Assembly (NCBI GenBank): GCA_005239895.1
Contig: SBBB01000025.1
Span: 98,170-162,169 of the forward strand
Length of the DNA: 64,000 bases
Source: a bacterium
GTDB lineage: Bacteria > Patescibacteriota > Patescibacteriia > SBBB01
Direction: 5' to 3'
The notes under the pieces were generated by a model that searched no databases, was not told where the DNA came from, and saw only the letters and a list, made by a program, of their open reading frames with translations. Of this stretch, positions 47,627 through 57,107 are shown one piece after another. Position numbers and translations under genes: made by a program. Position 1 is the first letter of the stretch. Every line of letters starts with the position of its first letter.

Positions 47627-47913
47627 CTCTGATCTAATTGAAAATTAGGGTATTGACTTTTAAAGCAGTTTTTAAAAACTGCCAAAAACTTATACCGCAT
47701 TATCGAACAATGATAATGCGGTTGTCTATTTTAAAAATTTTGATAGGTTGTATTTTAAATCATAAATCATAAATCTTATATCTTAAATTACTTTCAACTT
47801 TCAACTTTATAAACCTTCTAACTCTTCTAATTGACTCTGGTCTTAAAATTTATTAAAGTAATTAGTATGGTTTTGAGTTTTTGGTGTATAAATTATTAAG
47901 GAAGGAGGATTAC

Positions 47914-48156
47914 GTGGATAAAAAAGTTAGAAAAAAACCTTCAAATTCTTTTGAGTGTCCAGGTTGTCCTAACTTAATGGAACCAACAGAAAAAGAATGT
48001 CAAAAATGCCATTTATGTTCTACATATCAACAGCGTCGTGCGCTCCAACACGAACATGGTGTGCATATTTATGTAAGCACGGGATATAAACATACAGCCG
48101 AGGAAGACCTACCTTTTATGGAAAACGCCCGAAGAGTGCACGAAGGAGATTCCTAA
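47914..48156 (+). CDS. Small Cys/His-rich orphan, paralog B
   Basis: AAGGAGG SD before GTG 47914; ECPGCPNLMEPTEKECQKCH; hairpin 48196-48229. Confidence 0.75.
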   Translation: MDKKVRKKPSNSFECPGCPNLMEPTEKECQKCHLCSTYQQRRALQHEHGVHIYVSTGYKHTAEEDLPFMENARRVHEGDS

Positions 48157-48419
48157 ACCATGCTGTTAAAATCAATTGTTGTAAACAACTCATCAAAGTC
48201 TCCGAATACTTGCTGTTATTCGGAGACTTATCTTTTTAAAAAAGGAAGCTTTTGATTTAAACAAAAGACTTCCCAATATTTTTTGGAACCAATCATATAA
48301 TGATGTATTGAGTTTTTAAAAAATTCTTAAACCCGTCAATTTGCCAATACAAACAAACTTCAAGGGGTTGATCGTAAATAATATGATCAACCCTCCATGC
48401 AAACTATTTCATCTTTTAA

Positions 48420-48608
48420 TTAATTATGCGAGTGTGCATATGCATTTCTGCAGGCCTTTTTGTCAAAGTATGTAATTTTGTTGTTGAGGTTAATACCCCA
48501 GCGCCTACGAAATATGAATGACCTACATACAATACACACCAACCCACGGTCAATTAAATAAGATTGTAATTTCATAAACCAGTTTAATCTGATAATCCAG
48601 TTTGGCAT
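48420..48608 (-). CDS. 62-aa basic Cys-containing orphan
   Basis: AAGGAGG SD; CIVC; downstream hairpin about 48363-48395. Confidence 0.6.
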   Translation of the reverse strand: MPNWIIRLNWFMKLQSYLIDRGLVCIVCRSFIFRRRWGINLNNKITYFDKKACRNAYAHSHN

Positions 48609-48840
48609 TGCACGTTCCTCCTTATATTTTGCCTTTTTATGGCATTTTTACTGATATTATAACAATGATAGAAAAAAGCAATTTTGTCAATTCCTATCGG
48701 TAATGGCAGAAATCCAACCATAATCTCCTCTTGCTTTTTATCTAAAAACGTGCTATAATATAGTATTGATTTGTACCTTTATAAAAACACAAACAAATTT
48801 CGCAAATCTATTTATATAAGCAATTCAGTGGATAAAAAGT

Positions 48841-50172
48841 ATGGATTTTAATTTGGGAGATATATTAACAAACCTGGATATTTTTTTTTCGGGATCACCT
48901 TTAGATATATTTTTAAACTTATTTAGAAACGGTGGATGGTTTTTTATCTTAATAGCATTTCTAGTGGCTCTTTATAAAAGTTGGATTTTTTTGCGTCAAT
49001 GCAGATATGACGAATCTGTCAAACGTATTGTTTTGTCACTAACATTACCCAGGGTAAACACTAATAAAACTTTAAAATCTGTAGAAAATATTTTTGCGCA
49101 ACTAGCTGGAGCACACACAACTTTTAACTTATGGGAAACCTATGTTTTGGGAATATTCCAGTTAAGTTTTAGTTTTGAAATTGTTAGTATGAACGGCCGT
49201 CTGCATTTATTTGTGCGTACGCCGGTTAGATTTAAACCTCTAATTGAAAGTATTTTTTACGCGCAATACCCAGATATAGAAATTACCGAAGTAAATGACT
49301 ATGTAAACAGTGTTCCCAATACATATCCTGATCCCAATTATGATATCTGGGGCACGGAATTTATTTTAGTCAAAGATCAGTCCTATCCCTTACGTAGTTA
49401 TATAGAATTTGAAGAGCAACTGAGCCAAGAATTAAAAGACCCTATGGCTGGAATGTTAGAATGCTTAGGTAAACTCGGACCAGATGAACAGGGTTGGTTT
49501 CAAATTATAGTTAAACCCATAGCCGACACAGATTGGAAAGAGGGTAGCAAAAAAATGATTGATAAAATTTTAAAACAAGAGATTAAACACAGTGGACTGG
49601 GAGCGTCAATATCTAATGCCGCATCTAATGCCGCGTATAGTGGAGTTGAAATGTTTAATCAAACGTTATGGGGAACTGAACCAGCAGCTGCAGCTAAAGT
49701 TCAGGCCGGAGCTGATCAAAGCAGATTAAACCTCATGTTAAACCCAACTATTCGCCAAGAATTAGATGCCATTCAAAGAAAAGCTAGTAAAATTGGTTTT
49801 CATGTTAAAATACGGTATATTTACATAGGCAAACACCAATCTTTTGATAAAGCTAGGGGTGTGTATGGGGTAATAGGGGCTATCAAGCAATTAAATAGTG
49901 TTAATTTAAACTCCTTAAAACCAGATATGAAAAAAACAGCCACGCGCGCGTACTATTTTTTTGTTAAATTAAGAGTAAAATGGAAAAAAGAAAAAATAAT
50001 GCGAGGCTATAAAGCCCGCAGCACTGTGCGCGGTCGCAATATGTTCGTCTTAAATACGGAAGAATTAGCCACTCTCTTTCATTTGCCTGTGGATCAAGTT
50101 AAATCACCCTACTTGCAAAGAACCGGGGCTAAAAAGGCTGAACCACCCCTTACCTTACCTTTGGCTAATTAA
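48841..50172 (+). CDS. Conserved CPR-type membrane protein partnered with a DUF87/TraG ATPase
   Basis: N-terminal TM, SFEIVS, YAQYPD.EI.EV.DY, FVLNTEELATLFH.P; promoter TTGCTT-17-TATAAT at 48731-48759. Confidence 0.8.
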   Translation: MDFNLGDILTNLDIFFSGSPLDIFLNLFRNGGWFFILIAFLVALYKSWIFLRQCRYDESVKRIVLSLTLPRVNTNKTLKSVENIFAQLAGAHTTFNLWETYVLGIFQLSFSFEIVSMNGRLHLFVRTPVRFKPLIESIFYAQYPDIEITEVNDYVNSVPNTYPDPNYDIWGTEFILVKDQSYPLRSYIEFEEQLSQELKDPMAGMLECLGKLGPDEQGWFQIIVKPIADTDWKEGSKKMIDKILKQEIKHSGLGASISNAASNAAYSGVEMFNQTLWGTEPAAAAKVQAGADQSRLNLMLNPTIRQELDAIQRKASKIGFHVKIRYIYIGKHQSFDKARGVYGVIGAIKQLNSVNLNSLKPDMKKTATRAYYFFVKLRVKWKKEKIMRGYKARSTVRGRNMFVLNTEELATLFHLPVDQVKSPYLQRTGAKKAEPPLTLPLAN

Positions 50173-50195
50173 TTTTACTAAAAACAATTATAGAT

Positions 50196-52094
50196 ATGAA
50201 TGAAAGCAATGAAGTTAATACTAATCTTAATAACAATGGGGTCACGCCATTTGCTGCGACTACTTTTCGAAATCAACACAGAGTATTTGGAATTAAAAAA
50301 GATGACCGCCGAAGACATGTATATTTAGTTGGTAAAACCGGTATGGGAAAATCTGTAACTCTAGAGCATATGATTTACTCTGACATTCACGCTGGCAATG
50401 GTCTGGCTGTGGTTGACCCTCATGGAGATTTGGCTGAAAAAGTTTTAACATTTATTCCTAATAATAGAATTAATGATGTTGTTTATTTTAATCCCGGCGA
50501 CATTGAATACCCTGTCGCGTTTAATATATTAGAAAGCGTAGCGCAAGATAAAAAACATTTAATTGCTTCGGGATTAATTGGGGTTTTTAAAAAAATTTGG
50601 GCTGATAGTTGGGGACCGCGCTTAGAATATGTTTTAAGAAACACTATCTTGGCTTTATTAGATTATGATGGTTCAACTTTATTGGGTGTAATGAGAATCT
50701 TGGTTGATAAATCTTACCGCTCTATGGTTATACAACATGTCACTGACCCGGTTGTAAAATCTTTTTGGCTGGATGAATACAGTAAATATCCTGATAAATT
50801 TCAAATTGAAGCTATTGCGCCCATTCAAAACAAGGTCGGACGTTTTCTATCTAATTCCCTAGTTCGTAATATAATCGGACAAGTAAAGTCTAGTATTAAT
50901 ATTAGACAAATCATGGATACTAAAAAAATCTTAATTATGAATTTGTCTAAGGGTCATATCGGCGAAGACACGGCCGAACTTCTGGGATCTATGATGATTA
51001 CTAAAATCCAATTAGCGGCCATGGAAAGAGTGGATGTGCCTGAAACATCCAGACCAGATTTTTATTTATACGTTGACGAGTTTCAAAATTTTGCCACGGA
51101 TTCTTTTGCTAATATTTTATCTGAAGCGCGCAAATACCATCTTAATCTTATAATGGCTCACCAATATATTGAGCAACTGGGAGAAATAGTAAAACCAGCT
51201 GTATTTGGAAATGTGGGTAGTATGATTTGTTTTAGAGTGGGCGCTACGGACGCCATAGAATTAGAACCGGAATTTATGCCTCGTTTTACTCAAGAAGATT
51301 TAGTAAATTTAGCAAAATACGAAATGTGTCTTAAGCTTATGATTGATGGTGTTTCGTCCGAACCATTTTCAGCTTGCACCATTCCACCCATAACCAAAGA
51401 TTATAACACTAAAAATACTATTATTCAAGTCTCTCGCGAGAGATACACAAAACCTCGAGCCACGGTGGAAGAAAAAATAGTCAGATGGTCTGAGGGCCAA
51501 AGAACATTACCATCTACCACCAATCCATCTCCAACCTCTAAAGGTTCATCTATGCCGAGCATGAACGATCAACCAGAGGAAGAAAGTAATCAACCGCTCC
51601 AAGAAATAAAATGGTATCCTATCAATTGTAGTCACTGTGGAATTAGCACTGAAGTTCCTTTTAAACCCCTAGAAGGAAAACCAGCTTATTGTAAGGCTTG
51701 TTTAAAAATAGTTAAAGCCAACAAAACACAAACTCCAAAACAAAAAATAGTTTCTGCTCCGGATCAACTCCCCCAACGCGCTCCTGAACAAAAACCATTC
51801 AAACCAGTATTACCTAAAATTAATAATATCAACAATGAAACTATTCAAAATAGAACTTTTCGTCCGGTTACATCCCGTCAAATTTCACCCTCACAAAATG
51901 CGACTCAAGTAAATATAAACAAACCAGTGGATATACGTAGCACACAAAACAATTTTAAACTAACTAAAATTACACCTCCTCAAAATATCATAGAAGAAAA
52001 TACAATCCAACCAACCGAGCAAAATACCCCAACCAGTCGTAAACTACCAATATCTGGTAATCTTAAACCAGGTGATGTAGTAAAAATAGAATAA
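50196..52094 (+). CDS. HerA/VirD4-like (DUF87, TraG/TraD) ATPase with CxxC-x17-CxxC domain
   Basis: DRRRH.Y.VGKTG.GKS, DPHGD, WGPRLE, YVDEFQNF, SEARKY; CSHCG...VPF.P...KP.YCKAC. Confidence 0.88.
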   Translation: MNESNEVNTNLNNNGVTPFAATTFRNQHRVFGIKKDDRRRHVYLVGKTGMGKSVTLEHMIYSDIHAGNGLAVVDPHGDLAEKVLTFIPNNRINDVVYFNPGDIEYPVAFNILESVAQDKKHLIASGLIGVFKKIWADSWGPRLEYVLRNTILALLDYDGSTLLGVMRILVDKSYRSMVIQHVTDPVVKSFWLDEYSKYPDKFQIEAIAPIQNKVGRFLSNSLVRNIIGQVKSSINIRQIMDTKKILIMNLSKGHIGEDTAELLGSMMITKIQLAAMERVDVPETSRPDFYLYVDEFQNFATDSFANILSEARKYHLNLIMAHQYIEQLGEIVKPAVFGNVGSMICFRVGATDAIELEPEFMPRFTQEDLVNLAKYEMCLKLMIDGVSSEPFSACTIPPITKDYNTKNTIIQVSRERYTKPRATVEEKIVRWSEGQRTLPSTTNPSPTSKGSSMPSMNDQPEEESNQPLQEIKWYPINCSHCGISTEVPFKPLEGKPAYCKACLKIVKANKTQTPKQKIVSAPDQLPQRAPEQKPFKPVLPKINNINNETIQNRTFRPVTSRQISPSQNATQVNINKPVDIRSTQNNFKLTKITPPQNIIEENTIQPTEQNTPTSRKLPISGNLKPGDVVKIE

Positions 52095-52104
52095 AAAAAT
52101 ACTT

Positions 52105-52704
52105 TTAAAATTTTGAATTTGATTTTGTTTTTTTGGTTTTAACTTTATCCGTCTTAGTTTTGTCTGTGTTCACTGTAGCTTTATCTCTCCAATCCGTAAC
52201 ACCGTAAGTTAAAAATGTTTTAATTTCTGGTCCCAATATTAAATAAACATTAATATCTTTAGCTGGTCGCATATAAAACGAACCTGGCAACAGTCCCTCC
52301 TTACCAATATAAAACTTTAAGGTTTTACCTTTTACATCTACAGACAAAGTTAAACTATTTTTTTCGTCTACTCCTAATCTAGGATAGTTGTTAATATTTT
52401 TAGATGTTATTTCACTAATTTTTATCTCAGCTATCTGTTTTTTAAATTTTGAAACCAAAACATCTGAGGCTTTAAATTCATTAACCTGCCACTGATTACT
52501 AGATTTATTTAACACTATAGTATTGTTTAATGAACCTAAACTAATTTTATCTACGGAATTAATAGAAGAAATTAAAGTGTCAATATCTATGTTGATAATT
52601 TTACTATGTTTATTTAACCAATGCTCGGTTAACCACAAAATAGCGGTTAAAATAATTAAGCCTACAAAAACACTCAAAAAAATATGAAGATATTTTTTAG
52701 ACAT
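52105..52704 (-). CDS. DUF4340-like protein
   Basis: TM, W.V, LG(V/L), IGK, Y.R....VY, DWRDK; follows GldG-like gene. Confidence 0.75.
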   Translation of the reverse strand: MSKKYLHIFLSVFVGLIILTAILWLTEHWLNKHSKIINIDIDTLISSINSVDKISLGSLNNTIVLNKSSNQWQVNEFKASDVLVSKFKKQIAEIKISEITSKNINNYPRLGVDEKNSLTLSVDVKGKTLKFYIGKEGLLPGSFYMRPAKDINVYLILGPEIKTFLTYGVTDWRDKATVNTDKTKTDKVKTKKTKSNSKF

Positions 52705-54901
52705 AAATTTTTTTCGATAATTTCCTTCTACGCATTAAACGCCAAACTCCAACTAGTAGAGGTAAAAAAACAACCAGCGCTAAATTACCATATTTTATTA
52801 ATAAAACCTGCTTAAAATCCGTGGGTTGCAAGGACCTTAGATTGGACTGCTTTAAACTTAAACTAATAAGTGAATCTTCTTGGGTTAAATCAGATAATAA
52901 TCCCATTCCTAAAACTAAATTTTGAGATGTGGATTGTAAAAACGAATCTGTTAAAAAATCTGAATCTCCGATAATTACGACTCGACCAGCTCCAGCTTTA
53001 ATGTTTACACCTAAATATTGTTGACCCAAAATGGGATGACTAAATTGCTCTTCAGGTTCCACGGAAGTAATTTTTAAAACCTCTCTATTACCTCCAAATT
53101 TAGATGTAGTAATTAATGGTTGTATTTCTTTGGAAGCTAACTTAGTATTATCTTTAATGGATATGGAACTTGCCCAGGGCAATACTAAATAATCAAGTTT
53201 AAAACGTTTTTGTATATCATCTGTTAATTTAGCTTTCATCCAGTAAGGATAAGGTAATAAATAAACAATATTACCCTTGTTAAAACGCAACACTTCATTA
53301 AATTTTACATCATAGACAATGTCTGAATTTACTACCACGCCATAATCCAGCGCCAAATCAGCTAAACTAAATGGATTAACAGCTGCTTGCAAACTACCTG
53401 GAATTATTAAAGTAGGATCAATTAAAAATAGAACTCTTCCACCACTGGCAATAAATTTCTTAATCGCCACCCTAGCTTCACTATCCATTTCTTGAGTTGG
53501 ACCAGCTACGACCAACACTGACAAATCCTTAGGCATAGTAAAATTTTTATCATCCATTTTTAATTCTATAACCTCAAACTGATTTTTTAATTCTTGACCC
53601 CATATTCTATAATCCTCTTCTAACTTTTTTTCACCGTGCCCACTTACAAAAGCAATTTTATTTTTTTTAGTAACGGTGAGTTTTTTAATAATACTTGTTA
53701 ATTGATACTCTAGTTGATTAGTATTTTCTATAAATGGAATTACCTCTTTAACTCCCGCAAAATCTATGGACAAACCCAAATAACCCGACTGTATTTTAAA
53801 TTCTTCAGATTCAATGATATTAAACTGCACTTCGGTAATACCAACCTGACTTGCCTCTTTAGCTATTTCGGAGTTACCGGATATATTTTTATATTTTACA
53901 ACCACATTACCCTTACTCAACGCTTGATAATCCCGTAATAAATCTTTAGTATCTCTTAAAATTAATTGAAATTTAGGAGGCAATTTATCCGAAGTATAAA
54001 GAACTATATTAACAACGTCTGGCAAACTTAATAACTGTTTCTCAGTAATCTTGCTGAGGCTATAAATTTTATCACTGGTCAAATCGTATCTTAACGGAAC
54101 ATAACGAACAATAGTATTTATCAAAATCACAATACCCAATAATAAAATAATTCCAATCTTAGAATTACGATAAAAACTATGTTGTTTGTCAAACTTCCTA
54201 CCCAATAATAATAAATAAGCCCAACTTAAAAATATAGTTATAATTGATAAAAAATATAAAACATCTTTGGCGTCTAACACCCCTCTGGTTAAAACATTGA
54301 AATGTGACAAGATGGTTAATTGCTCCCAATACTCAGCGATAGCTAATGGCAAACGCATGGTCACCATGTCCATTCCAAATAAAACTAAAAACAAATTAAC
54401 AATTATACTTACCAATACAACTGAAATCTGGCTTGTAAATATAGCTGAAATAAATATACCCAAAGCTAAAAATGCAGCGGCCAATAAAATACTAGATGCG
54501 TACTGACCCGCAATCACACCCCAATCCAAAACACCTATAGTATTAATAGCTATTCCAATTGGCACAGTTAAAACTAAAATAATAATAATAAAACCCAAGC
54601 CACCTAAAAATTTTCCTAAAATTACTTCTATTTCTTGTAAGGGATGGGTTAATAATAACTCTAAAGTTCCAGAGTTTTTTTCTTGACAAATACTTTGCAT
54701 GGTCAAAATGGGAATCAAAAATATAAAAACCCATGGCAACAACGCGAATAGAATTCTTAAAGAGGCCTCACCAGCCAAAAAAACACTTTGAAAAAATAGA
54801 AATTCCCAAACCGCTAAAAAAACAATCAAAACAATATAACCAACAGGGTTATTAAAATAATGATTTATTTCTTTTTTGGCGATAATTAAAATATTACTCA
54901 T
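52697..54901 (-). CDS. ABC-2 permease fused to GldG/ABC_transp_aux domain (GldF-GldG-like)
   Basis: IAKKE...YF..P.GY, EK.SGTLELLLT.P, DLT.DK.YSLS, FVSGHGE, VLVVAGP, IIGDSDF. Confidence 0.88.
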   Translation of the reverse strand: MSNILIIAKKEINHYFNNPVGYIVLIVFLAVWEFLFFQSVFLAGEASLRILFALLPWVFIFLIPILTMQSICQEKNSGTLELLLTHPLQEIEVILGKFLGGLGFIIIILVLTVPIGIAINTIGVLDWGVIAGQYASSILLAAAFLALGIFISAIFTSQISVVLVSIIVNLFLVLFGMDMVTMRLPLAIAEYWEQLTILSHFNVLTRGVLDAKDVLYFLSIITIFLSWAYLLLLGRKFDKQHSFYRNSKIGIILLLGIVILINTIVRYVPLRYDLTSDKIYSLSKITEKQLLSLPDVVNIVLYTSDKLPPKFQLILRDTKDLLRDYQALSKGNVVVKYKNISGNSEIAKEASQVGITEVQFNIIESEEFKIQSGYLGLSIDFAGVKEVIPFIENTNQLEYQLTSIIKKLTVTKKNKIAFVSGHGEKKLEEDYRIWGQELKNQFEVIELKMDDKNFTMPKDLSVLVVAGPTQEMDSEARVAIKKFIASGGRVLFLIDPTLIIPGSLQAAVNPFSLADLALDYGVVVNSDIVYDVKFNEVLRFNKGNIVYLLPYPYWMKAKLTDDIQKRFKLDYLVLPWASSISIKDNTKLASKEIQPLITTSKFGGNREVLKITSVEPEEQFSHPILGQQYLGVNIKAGAGRVVIIGDSDFLTDSFLQSTSQNLVLGMGLLSDLTQEDSLISLSLKQSNLRSLQPTDFKQVLLIKYGNLALVVFLPLLVGVWRLMRRRKLSKKIYV

Positions 54902-56456
54902 AATGAAGCCCTTTTTTAAATCTTATAATACCCAAATATACCACACTGCTAATTAATCCAGCAAGTATGGTTTGTACTAAAATCATTATATAGGCTTGAT
55001 ACCTAGATATGGAAGATGCGAATAATTGTAAAATAAAACCACTAATAATCGTGACCAATCCAATTTGCACCAAAGACCTAAACAAATTTTTATCTAAAAT
55101 AATCAAACCATAGCGCAATCTTAACATTATCCATAATAATGACAAACTCATAATACCACTTAAACTAAAACTTAGGGCTAAACCAGCCACGCCCAAAGTT
55201 TTACTTAAATATAATCCTGAAATGATCGTGATAATTGTAACGACAATATTAATTACTAAGGGTATGAGTGTGTTTTTTAAAGCGTAAAAAACTCTCAAAA
55301 AAAGTGGAATTAAACTCTGAGCAAATACGCCTATACAAAAAAACATTAACACTTCACTTATCCGATTAATAGTAATGAAATCCACTTTGGATCCACTAAA
55401 AAGTATCGTAACAACTTGTTCGCGCAAAATATACAACATCACGCTTAAAGGAATAACAATATGCGTAATGTTCAAAAACGACATTCTTAAGGTTTTTATA
55501 AATGCCAAGCTATCGTCTTTAGCAATTTCAAGTGATAATTTTGGAAACGCAGATATAGCTAACGAAATACCAACTACCCCTGTTAAAACACCTTGTAAAT
55601 TATTAGCTAAATTAAAAATACTAAGACCACCATCGTACGCAACATTTAAAGCTAAAATAGATAAAATAAATAAATTTAATTGATTTAACCCCAAAGTTAA
55701 AGCCCGAGGCGGCATAATTCTAAATACATCTCGTAAATTTTTATCCTTAAAATTCACAAGAAATTGATATTTATAACCCAACCCTCTTAAAGCTGGAATA
55801 TGAATGAAAAAATGCAAAAACGCCCCTAATACAACACCTAAAGCTAAACCTGATAAACCAAAAAATGGTGTAAAAAATATAGCCCCTAGAATAATACCAA
55901 CATTGTACATGGCAGCTGCTAAGCTATATGCTAAAAATCTTTTATAAACTTGCAATATGCCACTTAAAACTCCACTTAACATAAAGAACACTGTGGACAT
56001 CAACATAATTCGACTTAATAAAACAGTTTCATTTAATTGCGCTGGTGTAAATTGAGGCGCAATCAAAGCTATAATATAAGGCATGAATATCCATAAAATT
56101 ATATTCACACCTACAATAACTTGCAATAATAAAGTGATCAATAAATTAACAAAAGATCGCGCGTTTTCATTAAGCTGACCATCTTGATTTTTGGTTTTGT
56201 CTCCAATTAAGCACCTACTAAAAATAGGAATAAAACTAGCGGATAAAACTCCAGATACAATTAATATATATACTAAATCTGGAATTAAAATGGCAGTATA
56301 ATATTGATCTAAAGTAGTTGTAGCTCCAAAAATACTAGTTAATATTTTATCCCGAACTAGTCCCAACACGCGAGATAAAATACTAGCGCAACCAATTATA
56401 ATACCACCCATTATTACGGTTTTAGATTCTCGACAAAAAAAACCCGAAAACAACAT
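54894..56456 (-). CDS. murJ: Lipid II flippase MurJ/MviN
   Basis: SRVLGLVRD, IPD, SFIPIF, RVFYALKNT..P. Confidence 0.92.
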   Translation of the reverse strand: MLFSGFFCRESKTVIMGGIIIGCASILSRVLGLVRDKILTSIFGATTTLDQYYTAILIPDLVYILIVSGVLSASFIPIFSRCLIGDKTKNQDGQLNENARSFVNLLITLLLQVIVGVNIILWIFMPYIIALIAPQFTPAQLNETVLLSRIMLMSTVFFMLSGVLSGILQVYKRFLAYSLAAAMYNVGIILGAIFFTPFFGLSGLALGVVLGAFLHFFIHIPALRGLGYKYQFLVNFKDKNLRDVFRIMPPRALTLGLNQLNLFILSILALNVAYDGGLSIFNLANNLQGVLTGVVGISLAISAFPKLSLEIAKDDSLAFIKTLRMSFLNITHIVIPLSVMLYILREQVVTILFSGSKVDFITINRISEVLMFFCIGVFAQSLIPLFLRVFYALKNTLIPLVINIVVTIITIISGLYLSKTLGVAGLALSFSLSGIMSLSLLWIMLRLRYGLIILDKNLFRSLVQIGLVTIISGFILQLFASSISRYQAYIMILVQTILAGLISSVVYLGIIRFKKGLHYE

Positions 56457-56546
56457 AAATTATTATTTTAAATTCAAATCAAAAATAAATACTATAGAAA
56501 CAATTAAATCTACTGTATCTTAAAAAAAACAGATTGCTTTGTAAAT

Positions 56547-56803
56547 CTATCTATAAATATCTTTACGATGGTCAATTTCAAAAAATATTGCCCTGTTTTT
56601 ATTTTGAAAATAAAACAAGACCATATACTTTCGAGTAACACGAAAAGAAAAACTTGCTCTAAATCTTTTATTTTTTTAAGATGTAATCTTGTATCTCGCC
56701 AGTTATTGACAAAAATTCGTTCTTGACTTAAACACAATAATTTAATATTCGTTGGAAGTTTAGTGATTAATTTTTCAAAATCACCAGTATGAATTATTTC
56801 CAT
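56547..56803 (-). pseudogene. RelE/ParE-family toxin with a single-base frameshift
   Basis: N-half ...RLHLKKIKDLEQV; shifted frame continues SFRVTRKYMVLFYFQNKNRAIFFEIDHRKDIYR*; shift at T5 run 56648-56652. Confidence 0.75.
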
Positions 56804-57003
56804 ACCGCATCTATTGGGTATTTTTTAATGGCTTTTTTATAGGCAGTTTTAATTCTTTCGGGATTAGAATATCCTTCTAAATTTTCAGATCGTAAAAACA
56901 GGTCAATTGCATTTCTTAACGAACGAATTTCTTTAAGAATAGAATGTAATAATATATCTTTTACGCGAGCATGGCTTGTTTTTGTCTTAGTTTTGGTTAT
57001 CAT
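56794..57003 (-). CDS. Probable antitoxin
   Basis: 69-aa ORF upstream of and overlapping the toxin start. Confidence 0.6.
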   Translation of the reverse strand: MITKTKTKTSHARVKDILLHSILKEIRSLRNAIDLFLRSENLEGYSNPERIKTAYKKAIKKYPIDAVWK

Positions 57004-57063
57004 ATTTTATATTCTATGAAATATAGAACTGCTTGTCAATTTTATTTGAACTGCCGTGAGTCC

Positions 57064-57086
57064 ATTTAGTAGTTTCGCTACTAAGT
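57064..57086. repeat. REP-like hairpin variant ATTTAGTAGT-TTC-GCTACTAAGT
   Basis: Same 23-bp geometry and loop as 33071/33521 with compensatory stem changes. Confidence 0.7.
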
Positions 57087-57107
57087 AACTATAATTAATC
57101 TCGAAAT

